Assembly: GCA_026770705.1 (NCBI GenBank)
Contig: JANJGN010000026.1
Coordinates: forward strand, 31,062,001 to 31,126,000
DNA length: 64,000 nt
Direction of reading: 5' to 3'
Source of the DNA: Isurus oxyrinchus
Taxonomy: Eukaryota
Shown here: positions 62,206 to 64,000 of the stretch, piece after piece
How the letters are laid out: each line of letters opens with the position of its first letter
Position numbering within the stretch: the first letter of the stretch is position 1
Program-made: the position numbers and the translations under genes
The notes under the pieces: generated by a model
Told to the model about the DNA's origin: nothing
The model's input: only the letters and a program-made list of their open reading frames with translations
The model's database searches: none

Positions 62206-62678
62206 AGTTTTTCTACAGGATGGACACGGAGCTGTGTATCCGTGGGTCTCAGAGCGCAGTCATGCACGGCAACCTCTGGCAGCTCCACCCAGAAACTCTC
62301 AGCTGAAGCTTGCTCTCTGTGCTCAGTTCCTCTATAAGCCCCTTCTTGGTGAAGTCGGCTGATAAGGTGATATGTTGGCCAATTAGCAACAGGTTGACCG
62401 GAGCCGACCGGGAGACTGCCAACACCAGAAAAGGCAATGAGCAATAACTGCTGGTTTAAAACGACAAGCCATCATCACCATTTCTCTTTCCCGCATTGTC
62501 CTGTCCGAACATTGTTTACAAACAGAATCGCCGCTGGAACTGTTGTCTGGAAGAAAAACTGAACATTTAGAAACATTCGTCCCTTAACCGAACCTAATAG
62601 CTATTTTTCTCTCGGATCCCACATGTGCATACACAGCAGAGAACGCTAAAACCAGCTGAAATAAACAGGGAAACACAT
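62206..62678 (-). pseudogene. TCR alpha/delta-like V pseudogene with leader and decayed 23-RSS
   Basis: Frameshifted leader 62623-62678; acceptor TTCTTCCAG at 62547; SGDSVCKQ..EREMVMMACRFKPAVIAHCLFWCWQSPG.., EVAVHDCALRP; CACGGAT + 23 bp + AGAAAAACT. Confidence 0.8.
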
Positions 62679-63679
62679 CAGTGTTCGCGGGTCGCAACGT
62701 GAGGACCGACCCCTTCTCTGCTGTGGCAAAAACCTCCACTAGCTCAGGAGCAAAATGAACTATTTCACCCTAAGACACACATAGGAATGGAGCCGTCTCT
62801 GCCCCATATCATATCCTCTTAGGATAATATCACACCATCAGTGATAAGTGGGAACTGGGTCTGGCCTCTGTGAGTTCACTTGGCCGGCATTCCCGCCGCC
62901 GGGACAGACGCACGTGCATTTATTCCTCGCGTCTTTTCAGTTGTATCAGTGAAGTTTAAAAACTCCCCGAGGTGTCGCTGTAAAAGACCCAGAGAATTAT
63001 AATTGTGGCAGGGCGTGTGAGTTTTAAAAATGTTAACAGGGGCCGTGACAGTGAGTTTTAGTGGGTTTAGGATTAAAGTCAATTTGCACAGAGTCCGTTA
63101 TTTTGGAATATGAATAAAGTCTTAATTCTTGGACTTCTGCTTCCCTACGGAAAGGTTACTTGTGGCGCTGCCATGTAAGCTGAAAAGAAGCTTTGTGGTT
63201 GGAGCTCTGACAAAGTCTGGCTCACTCGATTAATGTGTAATAGAACTTTAAATCTCGATCCCCAACTTTGAGGGTAATGTTTTTTAGTTTTAATCATGTT
63301 TTATTTTTGTCTAAAACATTGAAGGAAAGTATATTAATAGAATGCACAGTTACTAAAGGAACAGACATTCAAGTTCATCCACGCTATGCCGAAGAGAGAA
63401 TTATGGAGAAATTAAAGCATTAGTCCTCTGATGTTCACTTTCTTCATAACCATGTCTTGCTTTGAAGCTGAATGATGACGGGAATGGACACTGGGGGTTG
63501 TTTGAATCAGCGGCGTAAACCAGAGTTCGACACAAGATACTCTGAAAGGATATGAGCTTGTGAATGCATTTAAAACACAACCGGCAATTTATTAAAATTG
63601 AACTGTTGAAGTAGAAGTTGGGAGATAGATTGAAAGTACAGCAGCTCACTTTAGGACTGGCAACACGAAATTCTTCAAA

Positions 63680-63860
63680 GACATACATGCCGATACATAC
63701 GCACTCACGCAGGCGCACACAGGCACCACCACCCCACACACGCACACAGACACACGGACGCACGCAAACACAAACACACACACACACAGACAGACGCGCA
63801 TACGCACGCACACACCGACACACACAAACACACAGACACACACACATACAAACATACATT
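63680..63860. repeat. (CA)-rich compound microsatellite
   Basis: Direct reading. Confidence 0.85.
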
Positions 63861-64000
63861 GATCAATGAAGCGGAGGAAAATAGATTGTGCTCCTTTATG
63901 GAATTGTTGCAAGTTACTATTGCGCGTGGGAGTTAGGATCTTGCCTAATAAATGAACAAAGACGGGCGGAAAGGCAGCGCTTATCCTTAATGATCATGTG

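Overview
Eukaryotic, repeat-rich, cartilaginous fish (shark/ray-like) genomic DNA; the species cannot be determined from sequence alone. The window looks like part of the T-cell receptor alpha/delta V-gene array. Its centre is an apparently intact NAR-TCR (double-V TCR delta) cassette on +: leader 41373-41415, IgNAR-like V 41560-41853, J 42236-42287, and a leaderless supporting V-delta 45182-45487 with a canonical 23-RSS. Unusually, the NAR-type V carries a 12-bp-spacer RSS, has a long G-rich germline CDR3, and faces the 23-RSS J with no D segment between them, which suggests a germline-joined V-D (or D-less) cassette. About 3.3 kb downstream on the same strand is an intact two-exon GPR139/GPR142-like GPCR (322 aa). 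Around these lie about ten or more decayed V pseudogenes in both orientations, some retaining RSS remnants, CTCF-like motifs or CRE/octamer promoters. The rest is a ~13 kb 27/54-bp minisatellite with higher-order duplications, a ~68-bp tandem repeat, CR1, Tx1 and Penelope-like retroelements (with hammerhead-like motifs), SINEs, a possible solo LTR, microsatellites and two N gaps. All family assignments are by eye; no database searches were run.
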